A DNA stretch of 64,000 nucleotides from Candidatus Auribacterota bacterium (GTDB lineage: Bacteria; Auribacterota; JAFGBW01), in assembly GCA_016932965.1 (NCBI GenBank), contig JAFGBW010000039.1, positions 2,140 to 66,139 of the forward strand, read 5' to 3'. The notes beneath the pieces are model-generated. The model saw only the letters and a list, made by a program, of their open reading frames with translations. It did no database searches and was not told the origin of the DNA. This document shows positions 45,671-55,365 of the stretch, piece after piece (the first letter of the stretch is position 1; every line of letters begins with the position of its first letter). Position numbers and translations under genes: made by a program.

Positions 45671-46528
45671 ATGAAATGGATGCTCAGGCCCTTTATTGTG
45701 GCATTGTTCACAGCGTTTTTACTGCCGGTATGGTCGGAATTTGACGGGTTCGAATTTGATGTCAGTTACTGGAGAATTCTGAACGGCGAGACCAACTTTT
45801 CGAAGCAGACAAGGGAAGAAGAGCAATCTGAACCATCGGGGATATTTGATACGGCTGAAATTTCGACCACTTTGACCCGGTTTAATGTCAAAACAGACGC
45901 CAGTAAATATCTTTTTGAAGGACGTTACCGTTTTGTGGACACCCTGCATCGTTTAACTTTAGGATTTCAATATGCCACAACGGGAAATGCCAAAGTGAGT
46001 AATATCTCCATTGCAGGTCAGCCTGCCGATATCATCAAGGTTTTTACGGATTTTTCAGCCAGGAGCATGAAATATTTTCACGGTTATGCGGCTTACAGAC
46101 TGCTCCCTTTGAATGAGGACAAAAATCTGGATAGAAACGGGATTGACGTGTGGCTGAGCTGGATTCAGCAGGAACAGGATTTCAGGGTTCCTGGCCGAGC
46201 TTATACCCTGACCAGTGAATCCTGGGGAGTGGGTCTTGGCGGGGAGCACCGCATCGTGAATGATGATTTTTCTCTGAAAGGTCGTATCATCTATCTGCCG
46301 TTTTTAAACATGGACGGAAGCGGATGGGACATTGAACTCAGGCTGATCTACCATTTCTCGGATTATCTTTTCATCTATCTCGCCGGCAAGGGATTCCATC
46401 TGAACAGCCTGGAAATGAATAACACCATCCAGTTCACCAATCTTCCTAAATTTACCGACCTGACTCCCTTCAACGTTCTTGACACCAAACTTGAAGGCTA
46501 TGTCCTTGGTGTCACTTTTAGGTTTTAA
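45671..46528 (+). CDS. Putative outer-membrane beta-barrel protein
   Basis: N-terminal signal peptide MKWMLRPFIVALFTAFLLPVWS. Alternating amphipathic strands. C-terminus LGVTFRF ends in aromatic-x-aromatic, typical of outer-membrane proteins. Confidence 0.45.
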   Translation: MKWMLRPFIVALFTAFLLPVWSEFDGFEFDVSYWRILNGETNFSKQTREEEQSEPSGIFDTAEISTTLTRFNVKTDASKYLFEGRYRFVDTLHRLTLGFQYATTGNAKVSNISIAGQPADIIKVFTDFSARSMKYFHGYAAYRLLPLNEDKNLDRNGIDVWLSWIQQEQDFRVPGRAYTLTSESWGVGLGGEHRIVNDDFSLKGRIIYLPFLNMDGSGWDIELRLIYHFSDYLFIYLAGKGFHLNSLEMNNTIQFTNLPKFTDLTPFNVLDTKLEGYVLGVTFRF

Positions 46529-46698
46529 GCAAGTCATGAAGGAAAATCTATCTTTTTGAAAAGAAAGGTTTCCTTCATGATGGTTTTCTTAAGAAAATAG
46601 ATCTATTTTTTTTGTGCATATGGTGGAGGGATGATCAAGGGAAGATTCAATTTGACATTACCATCATGCGGGTTTCCCGGACCTTTCAAAAAAATTCT

Positions 46699-47961
46699 TT
46701 AGATTTTATCCAACGAATTCAGGCGTTCGGCGAGGGTTGGGTGGGAGTAATAGAAGAAGCTATACAGGGGATGGGGGGTGAGGTTGGAGAGATTTTCCTC
46801 GTTGAGTTTCAGAAGGGCTTCTTTCAGGTCATTTGGTGAATGGGTCACTTTGGCGGCAAAAGCATCCGCCTCGAATTCATGTTTTCTGGACAGAAAATTC
46901 ATGAAAGGCGCCAGCAGAAAAGAAAAAGGGCCGAGCAGCATGGGAAAAAGAATGAGGGACGGGAAAAGATGCTCTCCCTTTAATCCAAACGCTTGATAGA
47001 ATTCGGGAGTGTAGAGTAAAAGATTCCAGATATAAAAGCCCGTTCCTGTTAACAACAAGGACAGGATGAGAAATTTCCGGATATGCTTGAGTTTATTATG
47101 CGCCATTTCATGGGTGAGCACTCCCACCAGCTCGTTTGTCGAAAGGGATTTGATCAAGGTGTCGAATAAAACGATTCGCCGGTTTTTGCCGAATCCGGTG
47201 AAGTAAGCATTTGAATGCGTGGAGCGTTTGGACCCGTCCATGACAAAGATTTCAGATATGTTAAACCGAATCTCCCTGGCAATATTCATGATGCGCGAAC
47301 GCAGTTCTCCGTTTTCCAGTGGAACAAAACGGTTAAAAAGCGGAGATATCCATACCGGATATATCCACATGATGAATAACTGAAAACCGGTCACCGCACC
47401 AAAGCCATAAATCCACCATTTATCCCCGGTAGCCCGGATCACCCATAATAAAAATACGATCAAGGGAGCGCCCAGCAAAAAGGAAAGGAGGATTTTTTTT
47501 ATAAAATCCTTGATATAAAGGCTTGCAGTCATTTTGTTGAACCCGTATTTTTTTTCAAGAATGAAGGTGAAATACAGGTCAAAGGGCATGTCGATGATTT
47601 CTTTTCCAACGATGATGGTGAAACAGAAGATGATGCCCTGCAGCCATTCGGAAGAGGAAAAATGAACGGAAATATTTTCAAAGAGGGTGAAACCGCCGGA
47701 AAAAAGGAACGCAAGAAGGACTAACAGATCGTAGGTTTCAGAATAAAAACCAAAACGGGATTTGGCGAGTGTATATTGTCTGCTCTGGCTGTATTTTTCC
47801 TGCGGCATCCGGCTGGAAAAACGTTCCGGCACAAATGAATTTTTTTTAACTTCATTGGCGTTCAGATAGTGAAGCCAGAGAAAGAAAAAATATTCCGTCA
47901 GTTTGGCCAAGAGAAATAATAAAAGAAAAAAGGAAGGAGACATCATAGGCATAAGATTCAT
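46699..47961 (-). CDS. M48 (Ste24/HtpX-type) integral-membrane zinc metalloprotease
   Basis: Several TM helices. HEMAHNKLKH is the HExxH zinc motif, with a downstream EFEADAFAA third-ligand region. Confidence 0.75.
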   Translation of the reverse strand: MNLMPMMSPSFFLLLFLLAKLTEYFFFLWLHYLNANEVKKNSFVPERFSSRMPQEKYSQSRQYTLAKSRFGFYSETYDLLVLLAFLFSGGFTLFENISVHFSSSEWLQGIIFCFTIIVGKEIIDMPFDLYFTFILEKKYGFNKMTASLYIKDFIKKILLSFLLGAPLIVFLLWVIRATGDKWWIYGFGAVTGFQLFIMWIYPVWISPLFNRFVPLENGELRSRIMNIAREIRFNISEIFVMDGSKRSTHSNAYFTGFGKNRRIVLFDTLIKSLSTNELVGVLTHEMAHNKLKHIRKFLILSLLLTGTGFYIWNLLLYTPEFYQAFGLKGEHLFPSLILFPMLLGPFSFLLAPFMNFLSRKHEFEADAFAAKVTHSPNDLKEALLKLNEENLSNLTPHPLYSFFYYSHPTLAERLNSLDKI

Positions 47962-48125
47962 GATTCCATATGTCGGTGTGCGTATTCCATGTTAATACTT
48001 TCTTTGGCAGTAATCGGGATCAGGAGTCAGAATTTATTTCCATTAGCTTAGTTGCCTATAGATGTAAAGAGAATAAACTGTCTCCGTACGGGAGCTTAGA
48101 TCGTTCATTTTATCAATAAGTCTGT

Positions 48126-50435
48126 TTACCGATATAAATACAGGGCTTTTGTTGATTGGTCGAATATCAGAAGTTCTCCGTCTCCGAAGGCGGCTAAAGC
48201 CCCTGATCTGCTGCCTATCTCTTTTTTGATAGAAATTTCTCTTTTCAGGTTACCAGAAGGGTCATATTTGAATACCACTCTGCTGGAGGGGTCTAAAATA
48301 TAAATGTTTCCGAACAGATCCACGCTCAGGTGTTTTGCCTTTGAAAAAGAACCCTGGATGATCTTCATTTCCTTGGAGGAGGGAGAATAGATGAAAACCG
48401 CTTTTCTGGATTTGTCCAGGAGATAGACCAGCCCCTTTACATCCACATAAAAGGATTCGCAATTAAGCCATTCATTGTTTTTTATCGGCGGGATTTTAGG
48501 GGAAAGATCTTCCGTCTTGATCTCTGAACCCAGCTTGGAAAAGATGGTCAGGGTAGCGGGTGTTTTCAAAAGATAGGTTTGCTTCCAGCCGTCTACACCG
48601 ATGCCAATGATTTTTTCCTTGGAATTGAGGGGAAAGGCAATATCCCTGATCGGACGTCCCTGAAAGTCATATACCCTGATCTTGTTGGTTCCCTTATTGA
48701 CCAGATACACGTTTTCTTCTTCGTTCTCAGCCTGGGTATCCACTGCCATGGCAAGGAGATTTCCGTCGTTCTTGAAGCTTTGATCCACCCATCCGAAACA
48801 ATTCAGCCTTTTGATCATCGAATTTTTGCTTTGGAAATAGATGTTACCGAGACGGCCGGCGGCAATGACAGTGGAATAATAAGGATCTTCCTGCAGAAAT
48901 TGGGCTTTGAGCCTTCCTTTTGAATCAATCAATAGAACAGGGCCGGGTTTTTCCGTGGTCACGATCAATTCTCCATCCGGGTCTAAAGAGATGGTTCGAA
49001 GGGGATTTTCTTCCGTTCCCTGAACCGGAGCTATTTTTACTGCGGCTTTATCCCGTATATCCAGCACCGTCAGATATCCTACTGCTTCGGACCTTGAAAG
49101 GGTTTTTAGATTGCCTGAAAGGATGATTTTTCGCGAAATGTCATCCAAGGTCAGGTCCCGGTATGTAAAACGTTCGCTCAGAGAAAAACTGTCTTTCAGC
49201 TGAAATCGTGAATCATAGGCTTTGATTTTCAAGTCTCCTTCGTCTAGGACATACAGGGTGCCGTCTTGAGAGAGTTCCATGGCAATGGGGTGAATCCATT
49301 GGTTTTCTGTTTGCCCTTTATGCCCGATGCTGCCGGTTAAATAGCCGTTAGCATTGAAAAGAAATATCCTGCAGAATACATCATCCAGAATATATATGGT
49401 TCCATTGCTTCCTATTTCCAGATCACTTGGATTAACGATTTCGACCCCGTCTTCTGATTGGGATAATTTTTGAGTTTGGCAGAGGAGTTTTCCATCCAAG
49501 GTGAATTTGAATACGGTTTTCTGTTCCTTGTCCAATACGAAAACATAACCTGAATCCTTATCGAACTTGACTTTCAGCCCGTTTTCAAAATAGCCTTTCA
49601 AAAGTTTTTTCAGCACTCCGCGGGAAGAAAATATTTTTACATTATTTTTTTCAAGAACCAGGATCGTCCCTTCAGGATCCACGAGGCAGTCCTGGGCAGA
49701 AGACCGCAGATGGTTTTTAAAATAAGTGTTTTTAAACTCATACAAATCCTTTGAGCTTTTATTTTGAACCGTCACGATTGCATCATGGGAAGCTCGTCCG
49801 CCGAAGGCATCCACGGCAGTCAGAGTCAGTTTGACGGTTCCGTTTTCTTCAGGAGCGATATAATAGTTGAAACCGCTTCGTGTCTTGGATTTCATCCAGT
49901 GTCCTTTGTCTGATTTCCATTCGATGGTAAAGGAGTCATTTTCCGCATCCGTAGCGGTCACTTGCGCCCATATTTTTGTTCCCTTGGGCACGGAAGTGTT
50001 GGACAATTTAAGCGACAGGAATTTAGGGGGCCGGTTGGAAACCCATTGTATTTTGCATCCCCTTTTGATGGCCAAGGGTGTGATTTCTGAAGCGATCTCG
50101 AATGAGGATGAACCGGAAAAAGGGACTACCCGGATCTCTCCTACTTTAAGCCATTCGTTCACGATGGCCACTTCCGTTCCGGGAAGCGTGACGACCCGGT
50201 TGGGGGAATAAACGCAGGCGGCCAGTTCTTTTTCAGCGTTTTTGATCTGATCCAGACGGCATACGACCTTGTTTTCCTTTCGTTCCACGATTTCGCCGTC
50301 GAATTGAAAGGATTCTCCGGCAAGTAAAGTGGGCAGACTCGATAGGAGGATAAAACAGTTCCCGATAAAACGAGTGAGGGCCCTTTTATTTGTCCGTTTC
50401 ATGACAAATATCGCGTTGTTCATGTTTGGATTCAT
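48126..50435 (-). CDS. Secreted NHL-repeat beta-propeller protein
   Basis: Signal peptide. Recurring NHL-type blades (GTIYILDD, GTLYVLDEGD, GLVYLLDKS, GNIYILDPS). Size 769 aa. Confidence 0.6.
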   Translation of the reverse strand: MNPNMNNAIFVMKRTNKRALTRFIGNCFILLSSLPTLLAGESFQFDGEIVERKENKVVCRLDQIKNAEKELAACVYSPNRVVTLPGTEVAIVNEWLKVGEIRVVPFSGSSSFEIASEITPLAIKRGCKIQWVSNRPPKFLSLKLSNTSVPKGTKIWAQVTATDAENDSFTIEWKSDKGHWMKSKTRSGFNYYIAPEENGTVKLTLTAVDAFGGRASHDAIVTVQNKSSKDLYEFKNTYFKNHLRSSAQDCLVDPEGTILVLEKNNVKIFSSRGVLKKLLKGYFENGLKVKFDKDSGYVFVLDKEQKTVFKFTLDGKLLCQTQKLSQSEDGVEIVNPSDLEIGSNGTIYILDDVFCRIFLFNANGYLTGSIGHKGQTENQWIHPIAMELSQDGTLYVLDEGDLKIKAYDSRFQLKDSFSLSERFTYRDLTLDDISRKIILSGNLKTLSRSEAVGYLTVLDIRDKAAVKIAPVQGTEENPLRTISLDPDGELIVTTEKPGPVLLIDSKGRLKAQFLQEDPYYSTVIAAGRLGNIYFQSKNSMIKRLNCFGWVDQSFKNDGNLLAMAVDTQAENEEENVYLVNKGTNKIRVYDFQGRPIRDIAFPLNSKEKIIGIGVDGWKQTYLLKTPATLTIFSKLGSEIKTEDLSPKIPPIKNNEWLNCESFYVDVKGLVYLLDKSRKAVFIYSPSSKEMKIIQGSFSKAKHLSVDLFGNIYILDPSSRVVFKYDPSGNLKREISIKKEIGSRSGALAAFGDGELLIFDQSTKALYLYR

Positions 50436-50459
50436 GGCGCCTTGATGTTAAGGGTGAGT

Positions 50460-52394
50460 TCATCGGGAGGAATTTTTCCATAGGAAACCTTTAATTTTCC
50501 ATTGCTGATCTTTTTTTCCAAATTCCACTGTCACGGAACGGTTGAAGAGAGTATAAAAGGAAGTGTTATTTAAGAACATGGCTTCCAGTTTCCATGATAG
50601 CAAGACCTCTGCGCGGGACTCATCCACATGGATTCTCAATAATTCAAAAGAATTGCTGATTTCTGACGACAAATCAAATAAATTTTCCAGTGAATTTTTT
50701 TCTCTTTGATAAAAGGATTTATTCTCTGAATCCAATAAAAGCAGGCAATTTTGGAGCTTTTTTGCTGTGAGCGCTTTACCGAATTTGGAAAATACGTCCT
50801 TTATTTTCTGTTCATCCATTTTTCCATCCTCGATTGTTCTTTGTTCACGGATTTTGAATTGGATTTTTTCTTCCAGTTGATTGAGAGATTCGCTAGGTCC
50901 GTTGATTGCCTTGAAATCCTGAATCTGGCGTAAGGCCTCGCTATATTCTTCTTCTTTGCATAAGCGAACCGCCTGTTTCTGGATGCGTTCTATATTTTCC
51001 TGCCTTTGTTTTTCCTGTAAATGTCTTTTTGCATCCTGGAGTATTTCCATGCCTTTTGGATCCAGAGGATAGAGCTCAAGAAATCGTTCCGTTTCAAGAA
51101 TGAGTTTTTTTTCATTGGCCCCCTCTTTGAGACGGATGATACGGGTCAATGCTTTTTTTCTATTTCTTTGCTGCAGATGTTTCCGGATGAGTGAGAGTTG
51201 AGATTTAAGGAGAAGGGATTCTTTGGGGACTAAAATGGTATCCAATGGATGAATGCTGGAGGGAGGTAGATCCTGTTCATTTTTGTTTGCAACAGGATGG
51301 ACGGGATCCATTCCAGGAGAAGGGGCGACAATTGGGGTGGAAATGATAGATTGATTTCCTGGTTTGTCTGCATCTTGGTGCCGGGTTCTTGGGATATGTT
51401 TGTTGGATTCGAATTCAGAGATGTCCCTCTGCTTGATGAAAATTTGCTGCATGATCAGGACGGAAAGGAGGATGGAAATGAAAGTCATTCCAGGAGTGAA
51501 CATTTTATTCTGGAGAACGATCCAGATGTCGGTTTGCAGTTTTTCCAGTAAAGAGGGACGGAATGTGAGATAATCCGGCCATTTTCCTTCCAAAGCCATG
51601 GCCATGTCCTGACAGGAGTGAAAACGGAGGGCTTTATTTTTAGCCATGGCTGCCATCACACAACGGGAAAGCGGTAATGGAATCGAATCATCCAGGTGTT
51701 TCGGCGGCAGCGGTTCTTCCGTAATGTGTTTCATGGCCACACTGATCGGATCGTTTGCAATAAAGGGAAGCTGTTCTGTGAGACATTCATATAAAACCAC
51801 TCCCAGACTATAGATGTCCGCGAGGCCGTCTAAGGGTTCCCCCTTGATTTGTTCCGGAGACATGTAACTTGGCGTTCCGATTGCTGAGGCTGTGGTATTG
51901 GTGCTTTGCATGATTTTAGATATGCCAAAATCCATCAGCTTGGCTTTTTTCTCTTTGGTGATGAAGATATTGGCGGCTTTCACGTCACGATGAATGATTT
52001 CGTGACGGTGAGTGCATTCCAGGGCTGAACAGATCTGGCTGATGAAACCGACCAGTTCTTCCCGTGTTACCGTGAGAGCCTTGTTTCGGATGATTTTATC
52101 TAACGGGATCCCCTCCAGGTATTCCATGATGATGAAAAAAAGAGAATCTTTTTCCTCGATGTCATAAATCTGGACGATGTTTTCGTGATTGAGTTTTGCG
52201 ATGAGCTTGGCCTCTTGAATAAAACGGCTGACGGATTGCTTGTCTGAGACCAGGTGCGGCGAAAGCACCTTGATGGCCACTTCTCTATCCAGGGATTTAT
52301 GATACCCTTTATAGACAATTCCCATTCCTCCCCGGCCGATTTCAGAGTGGATTTCGTATTTGCCTATGGTTTTTCCCAAGAGATCATCTATCAT
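50460..52394 (-). CDS. Hanks-type serine/threonine protein kinase with one TM helix and an extracytoplasmic C-terminal domain
   Basis: GRGGMGIVYKG...AIK (VAIK), HRDVKAANIF (catalytic loop), DFGISK (DFG). TM segment ISILLSVLIMQQIF. Size 644 aa. Confidence 0.8.
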   Translation of the reverse strand: MIDDLLGKTIGKYEIHSEIGRGGMGIVYKGYHKSLDREVAIKVLSPHLVSDKQSVSRFIQEAKLIAKLNHENIVQIYDIEEKDSLFFIIMEYLEGIPLDKIIRNKALTVTREELVGFISQICSALECTHRHEIIHRDVKAANIFITKEKKAKLMDFGISKIMQSTNTTASAIGTPSYMSPEQIKGEPLDGLADIYSLGVVLYECLTEQLPFIANDPISVAMKHITEEPLPPKHLDDSIPLPLSRCVMAAMAKNKALRFHSCQDMAMALEGKWPDYLTFRPSLLEKLQTDIWIVLQNKMFTPGMTFISILLSVLIMQQIFIKQRDISEFESNKHIPRTRHQDADKPGNQSIISTPIVAPSPGMDPVHPVANKNEQDLPPSSIHPLDTILVPKESLLLKSQLSLIRKHLQQRNRKKALTRIIRLKEGANEKKLILETERFLELYPLDPKGMEILQDAKRHLQEKQRQENIERIQKQAVRLCKEEEYSEALRQIQDFKAINGPSESLNQLEEKIQFKIREQRTIEDGKMDEQKIKDVFSKFGKALTAKKLQNCLLLLDSENKSFYQREKNSLENLFDLSSEISNSFELLRIHVDESRAEVLLSWKLEAMFLNNTSFYTLFNRSVTVEFGKKDQQWKIKGFLWKNSSR

Positions 52395-52523
52395 AACTTG
52401 TCTCTACCAAAATCTAACGGTCTATTAATTAAGAATTTAAAAATTAAGATTAAAAATGAAAAATATTCATTAATAGTGTATGGAATGCAAATGGGAAAGG
52501 AATGAATGGTTACATTGTTCAAT

Positions 52524-52540
52524 GTCTTAATTCTCAATTT
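52524..52540. repeat. Heptamer copies TCTTAAT-TCTCAAT
   Basis: Same family. Inverted-orientation copies (ATTAAGA) occur at 52425-52455 in the same spacer. Confidence 0.55.
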
Positions 52541-52626
52541 TAAAATTTTATTTTTGTTCTTTTTCAATAAGCTATAACAAAACTATGTCGAAATAGAATC
52601 ACGGATTTCTTCAGATCCAAGACATG

Positions 52627-53529
52627 TTATCCCTCCTGGACTGCGGCAAAGCCTTCCCGGCCAGGTATCCTTGCTTGCTTGATGGGCAGTGAGGGTATGG
52701 ATGAGGGGCTGTTAAGGAGTGTTCCCAGCGGAATAAATTGTCCGCCCTCAGCATGGATTTTTTCAATGAAATCTTCAAAGAGACGGAAACAGGCAATCCC
52801 TTCTGCTTCGGCATGGATGGTGAGGACATTCAAATCCTGGCGTTTCACTAAGGATATCAGATGCTGATTGTAGTTCCCATTCGTGATTCCATTCCGGCCT
52901 ATCACTTCGTCATAGGTGGGAAGTGTGGTCGGAATCTGCGGCTGTTTTCCGGATTCCCCGTTGATGAAAGGATAGAACATGTTCTGTCCACGGCAGTCGC
53001 TGTTGTAGGAAAAATCATAACTTTCTTTGACCCGGAGTATTTTATCCGTGCATTTCCACGCCGGAGCCGCAGAGCATTTGGGAAGCTGACCCGTGATTTT
53101 TTCTAGCATTTCCATTCCCATTTGAATCTGGTTTCGGATGAACGGTTCCCCTGCATGTTGCATTTTGGCCTGCCACGCATAATGATCCCATGCATGAAGG
53201 CCGATTTCATGACCTTCTTCATAGGCCTGCCGGATGATGTGACCTAATTTGGTTCCGATGAGCGGTCCTCCCCAGAAGGTTCCTTTGAAAATGATATCCC
53301 AGCCGTACAGGCTGGTGGCCTTGGTTTTAAGCATTTTGAATAAGAATTGAGGACGAAAAAGCCGCCATAGATTCCGTCCCATGTTGTCCGGCCCTACGGA
53401 AAAGAAAAAAGTCGCCTGTATTCCTTTCTTTTTCAGAAGGTTACATAACGCAGGAACACCATCTTTGGTTCCGCGGAACGTATCCACATCAATTTTTAAA
53501 GCAATCTGCATACGAGCCATGTCTATCAT
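52627..53529 (-). CDS. ArnD-like polysaccharide deacetylase family protein (4-deoxy-4-formamido-L-arabinose-phosphoundecaprenol deformylase-like)
   Basis: The N-terminus ALKIDVDTFRGTKDGVPALCNLLKKKGIQATFFFSVGPDNMGRNLWRLFRPQFLFKML closely resembles E. coli ArnD as I recall it (RIDVDTFRGT...FFSVGPDNMGRHLWRL). Size 300 aa. Confidence 0.7.
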   Translation of the reverse strand: MIDMARMQIALKIDVDTFRGTKDGVPALCNLLKKKGIQATFFFSVGPDNMGRNLWRLFRPQFLFKMLKTKATSLYGWDIIFKGTFWGGPLIGTKLGHIIRQAYEEGHEIGLHAWDHYAWQAKMQHAGEPFIRNQIQMGMEMLEKITGQLPKCSAAPAWKCTDKILRVKESYDFSYNSDCRGQNMFYPFINGESGKQPQIPTTLPTYDEVIGRNGITNGNYNQHLISLVKRQDLNVLTIHAEAEGIACFRLFEDFIEKIHAEGGQFIPLGTLLNSPSSIPSLPIKQARIPGREGFAAVQEG

Positions 53530-53666
53530 AATATTGAGTTGCCCCTATTGACATATTCTATGTATGTCAAATATGAAATATTAGAATATTTTTCTATTGA
53601 ATAACAAATAAAAAGCATGCCGGTATGATGAATAAGCATCCATGGATAGGGTGAATCAGTGTCTAC

Positions 53667-54509
53667 ATGATATTTATTTCTGTCTGTTGCTCAGATCGTT
53701 TTAGTCACGGACACTCAGAATCCGTGTCAGACGTGAATGTTCTTGCTCCTGTTTCGAGCCTTGAGAAATATTCTTTTGATCTTGAGTACGGGGCCGGCTT
53801 CAGTGAAGTTGTACAAGAACTGTCTGCTGATATGGAATTAACTGCAGGCAGGAAGGAAGAATTTAGGATTTTTTATATATCATACAGTCAATTTCAAAGG
53901 ATGTGGATTCTCCGTACATGGACTATTCCTGAAGAATATTTGAGGAAATGTTTCTCTGCAGAAAGGATCGCAGACCTTTTTTACCTCTATGAGGTCTATC
54001 AATTCAATGTGATTGATCTGCTGCAGAAGAACCATACCCAAGGGATCCTGACTTCGGATGAGGGAGTGCAAACAAGATATGTTTTTAATAAAACAGGTCA
54101 TTTCAGCCTCATTTTGACTCAGAATAGGGAGGACACACAAATAGAATTAGGAAAAGCTGTCCGCGGCTCTTATGGATTGAATCCGGAATATTATGAAATG
54201 ACCAAAGGAAAGAATCTGGGAAATTTTTTAATCAAAGCCCATTTATTTCTCGTTTGGTTTACAGGAGAAAATGCCGAAGATGTTCAAATAGCCGCAAACG
54301 GGATGCAGGAATTAAGAAAATATTATCGATCTATCGGAGCAGAGATCTGTGCTCCACACAGGGCATTATTCCGTCTTTTTGGCGGATTGGATGCAGCTAT
54401 TCTCACTCCGGAACAGGCCCGTTTTTTAAAAAAACAGAAATGTACCCTGGAAACAATGGAGCCAGCGGAAGTTGGACAGATATTATCAAAGGGCAAGACG
54501 AGGTGCTAG
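53667..54509 (+). CDS. Hypothetical protein
   Basis: 280-aa ORF with no recognisable motif. Divergent from the arnD-like gene. Confidence 0.35.
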   Translation: MIFISVCCSDRFSHGHSESVSDVNVLAPVSSLEKYSFDLEYGAGFSEVVQELSADMELTAGRKEEFRIFYISYSQFQRMWILRTWTIPEEYLRKCFSAERIADLFYLYEVYQFNVIDLLQKNHTQGILTSDEGVQTRYVFNKTGHFSLILTQNREDTQIELGKAVRGSYGLNPEYYEMTKGKNLGNFLIKAHLFLVWFTGENAEDVQIAANGMQELRKYYRSIGAEICAPHRALFRLFGGLDAAILTPEQARFLKKQKCTLETMEPAEVGQILSKGKTRC

Positions 54510-54807
54510 TATCCCTTTACAGGGAGAGAATCCGGCGCATTCAGCCTGAACAAAGAAGCAAAAATTATTTTCCTGATTTTTGTATTTGCCGAGAGAAATC
54601 GTTGGTCTTTTCCCGTCATTCAGATTGTTGTCGGGATATCTCTGATTGAGTGTCATGATAGGAGAGATCAGCATCAATCGCAGATTGTAATTAATTTGTT
54701 TTTGAGTTAATATAATAAATTAAATTCATGTGAATCCAATAGAGTATGAATAAGGAATCATCTGATAATAAGATATCTCATTTTTTGATATTAGGGAGAA
54801 TCGTATC

Positions 54808-55365
54808 ATGGAAAAATGGATGGAAATACCGGTTAACACTGCATACCGTTTGATCAATCATGGGCCTTTATTATGGGTGTCCACTTGTTCTTCAGAAGGC
54901 CGATACGATATCGCTCCCATAGCGTGGAGTTGTCCTTGTGAAATGAAGCCCACAAGAGTTCTGCTGGTCATGGATATGGAACATCAGACCTATCATAATA
55001 TCATGGAAACAAAAGCCTTTATCACCTGTGTCCCTCACTCATCCCAGGCGGATCTGGTCAGAAAAACCGGCGCTGTCTCAGGGAAAAAATGCGACAAATT
55101 CGTTGTTTATTCAATGGAATGTTTTGAGGGGGAAAAAATAAAGGCCAAGATCCCTTTAGGCTGCATCGGATATTTGGAATGTCAGTTTTTGGAAACGATC
55201 GAACGGGTGGGGACGGGGTTGGTCATCGGGGAATGCGTCCGTGCCTGTGTGCTGAGGGATGCGTTCAATGAACGATTCTTAACAGAGAAGAAACAGGGAA
55301 AAACATTGCATCATCTCGGCAAAAGTATTTTTGCCATGCCTTCTGACACTATTTTGGATCAGTAA
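54808..55365 (+). CDS. Flavin reductase-like (FMN-binding split-barrel) domain protein
   Basis: Size 185 aa. Pattern ...HGPLLWVSTCSSEGRYDIAPIAW... typical of flavin_reduct family N-termini. Confidence 0.6.
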   Translation: MEKWMEIPVNTAYRLINHGPLLWVSTCSSEGRYDIAPIAWSCPCEMKPTRVLLVMDMEHQTYHNIMETKAFITCVPHSSQADLVRKTGAVSGKKCDKFVVYSMECFEGEKIKAKIPLGCIGYLECQFLETIERVGTGLVIGECVRACVLRDAFNERFLTEKKQGKTLHHLGKSIFAMPSDTILDQ

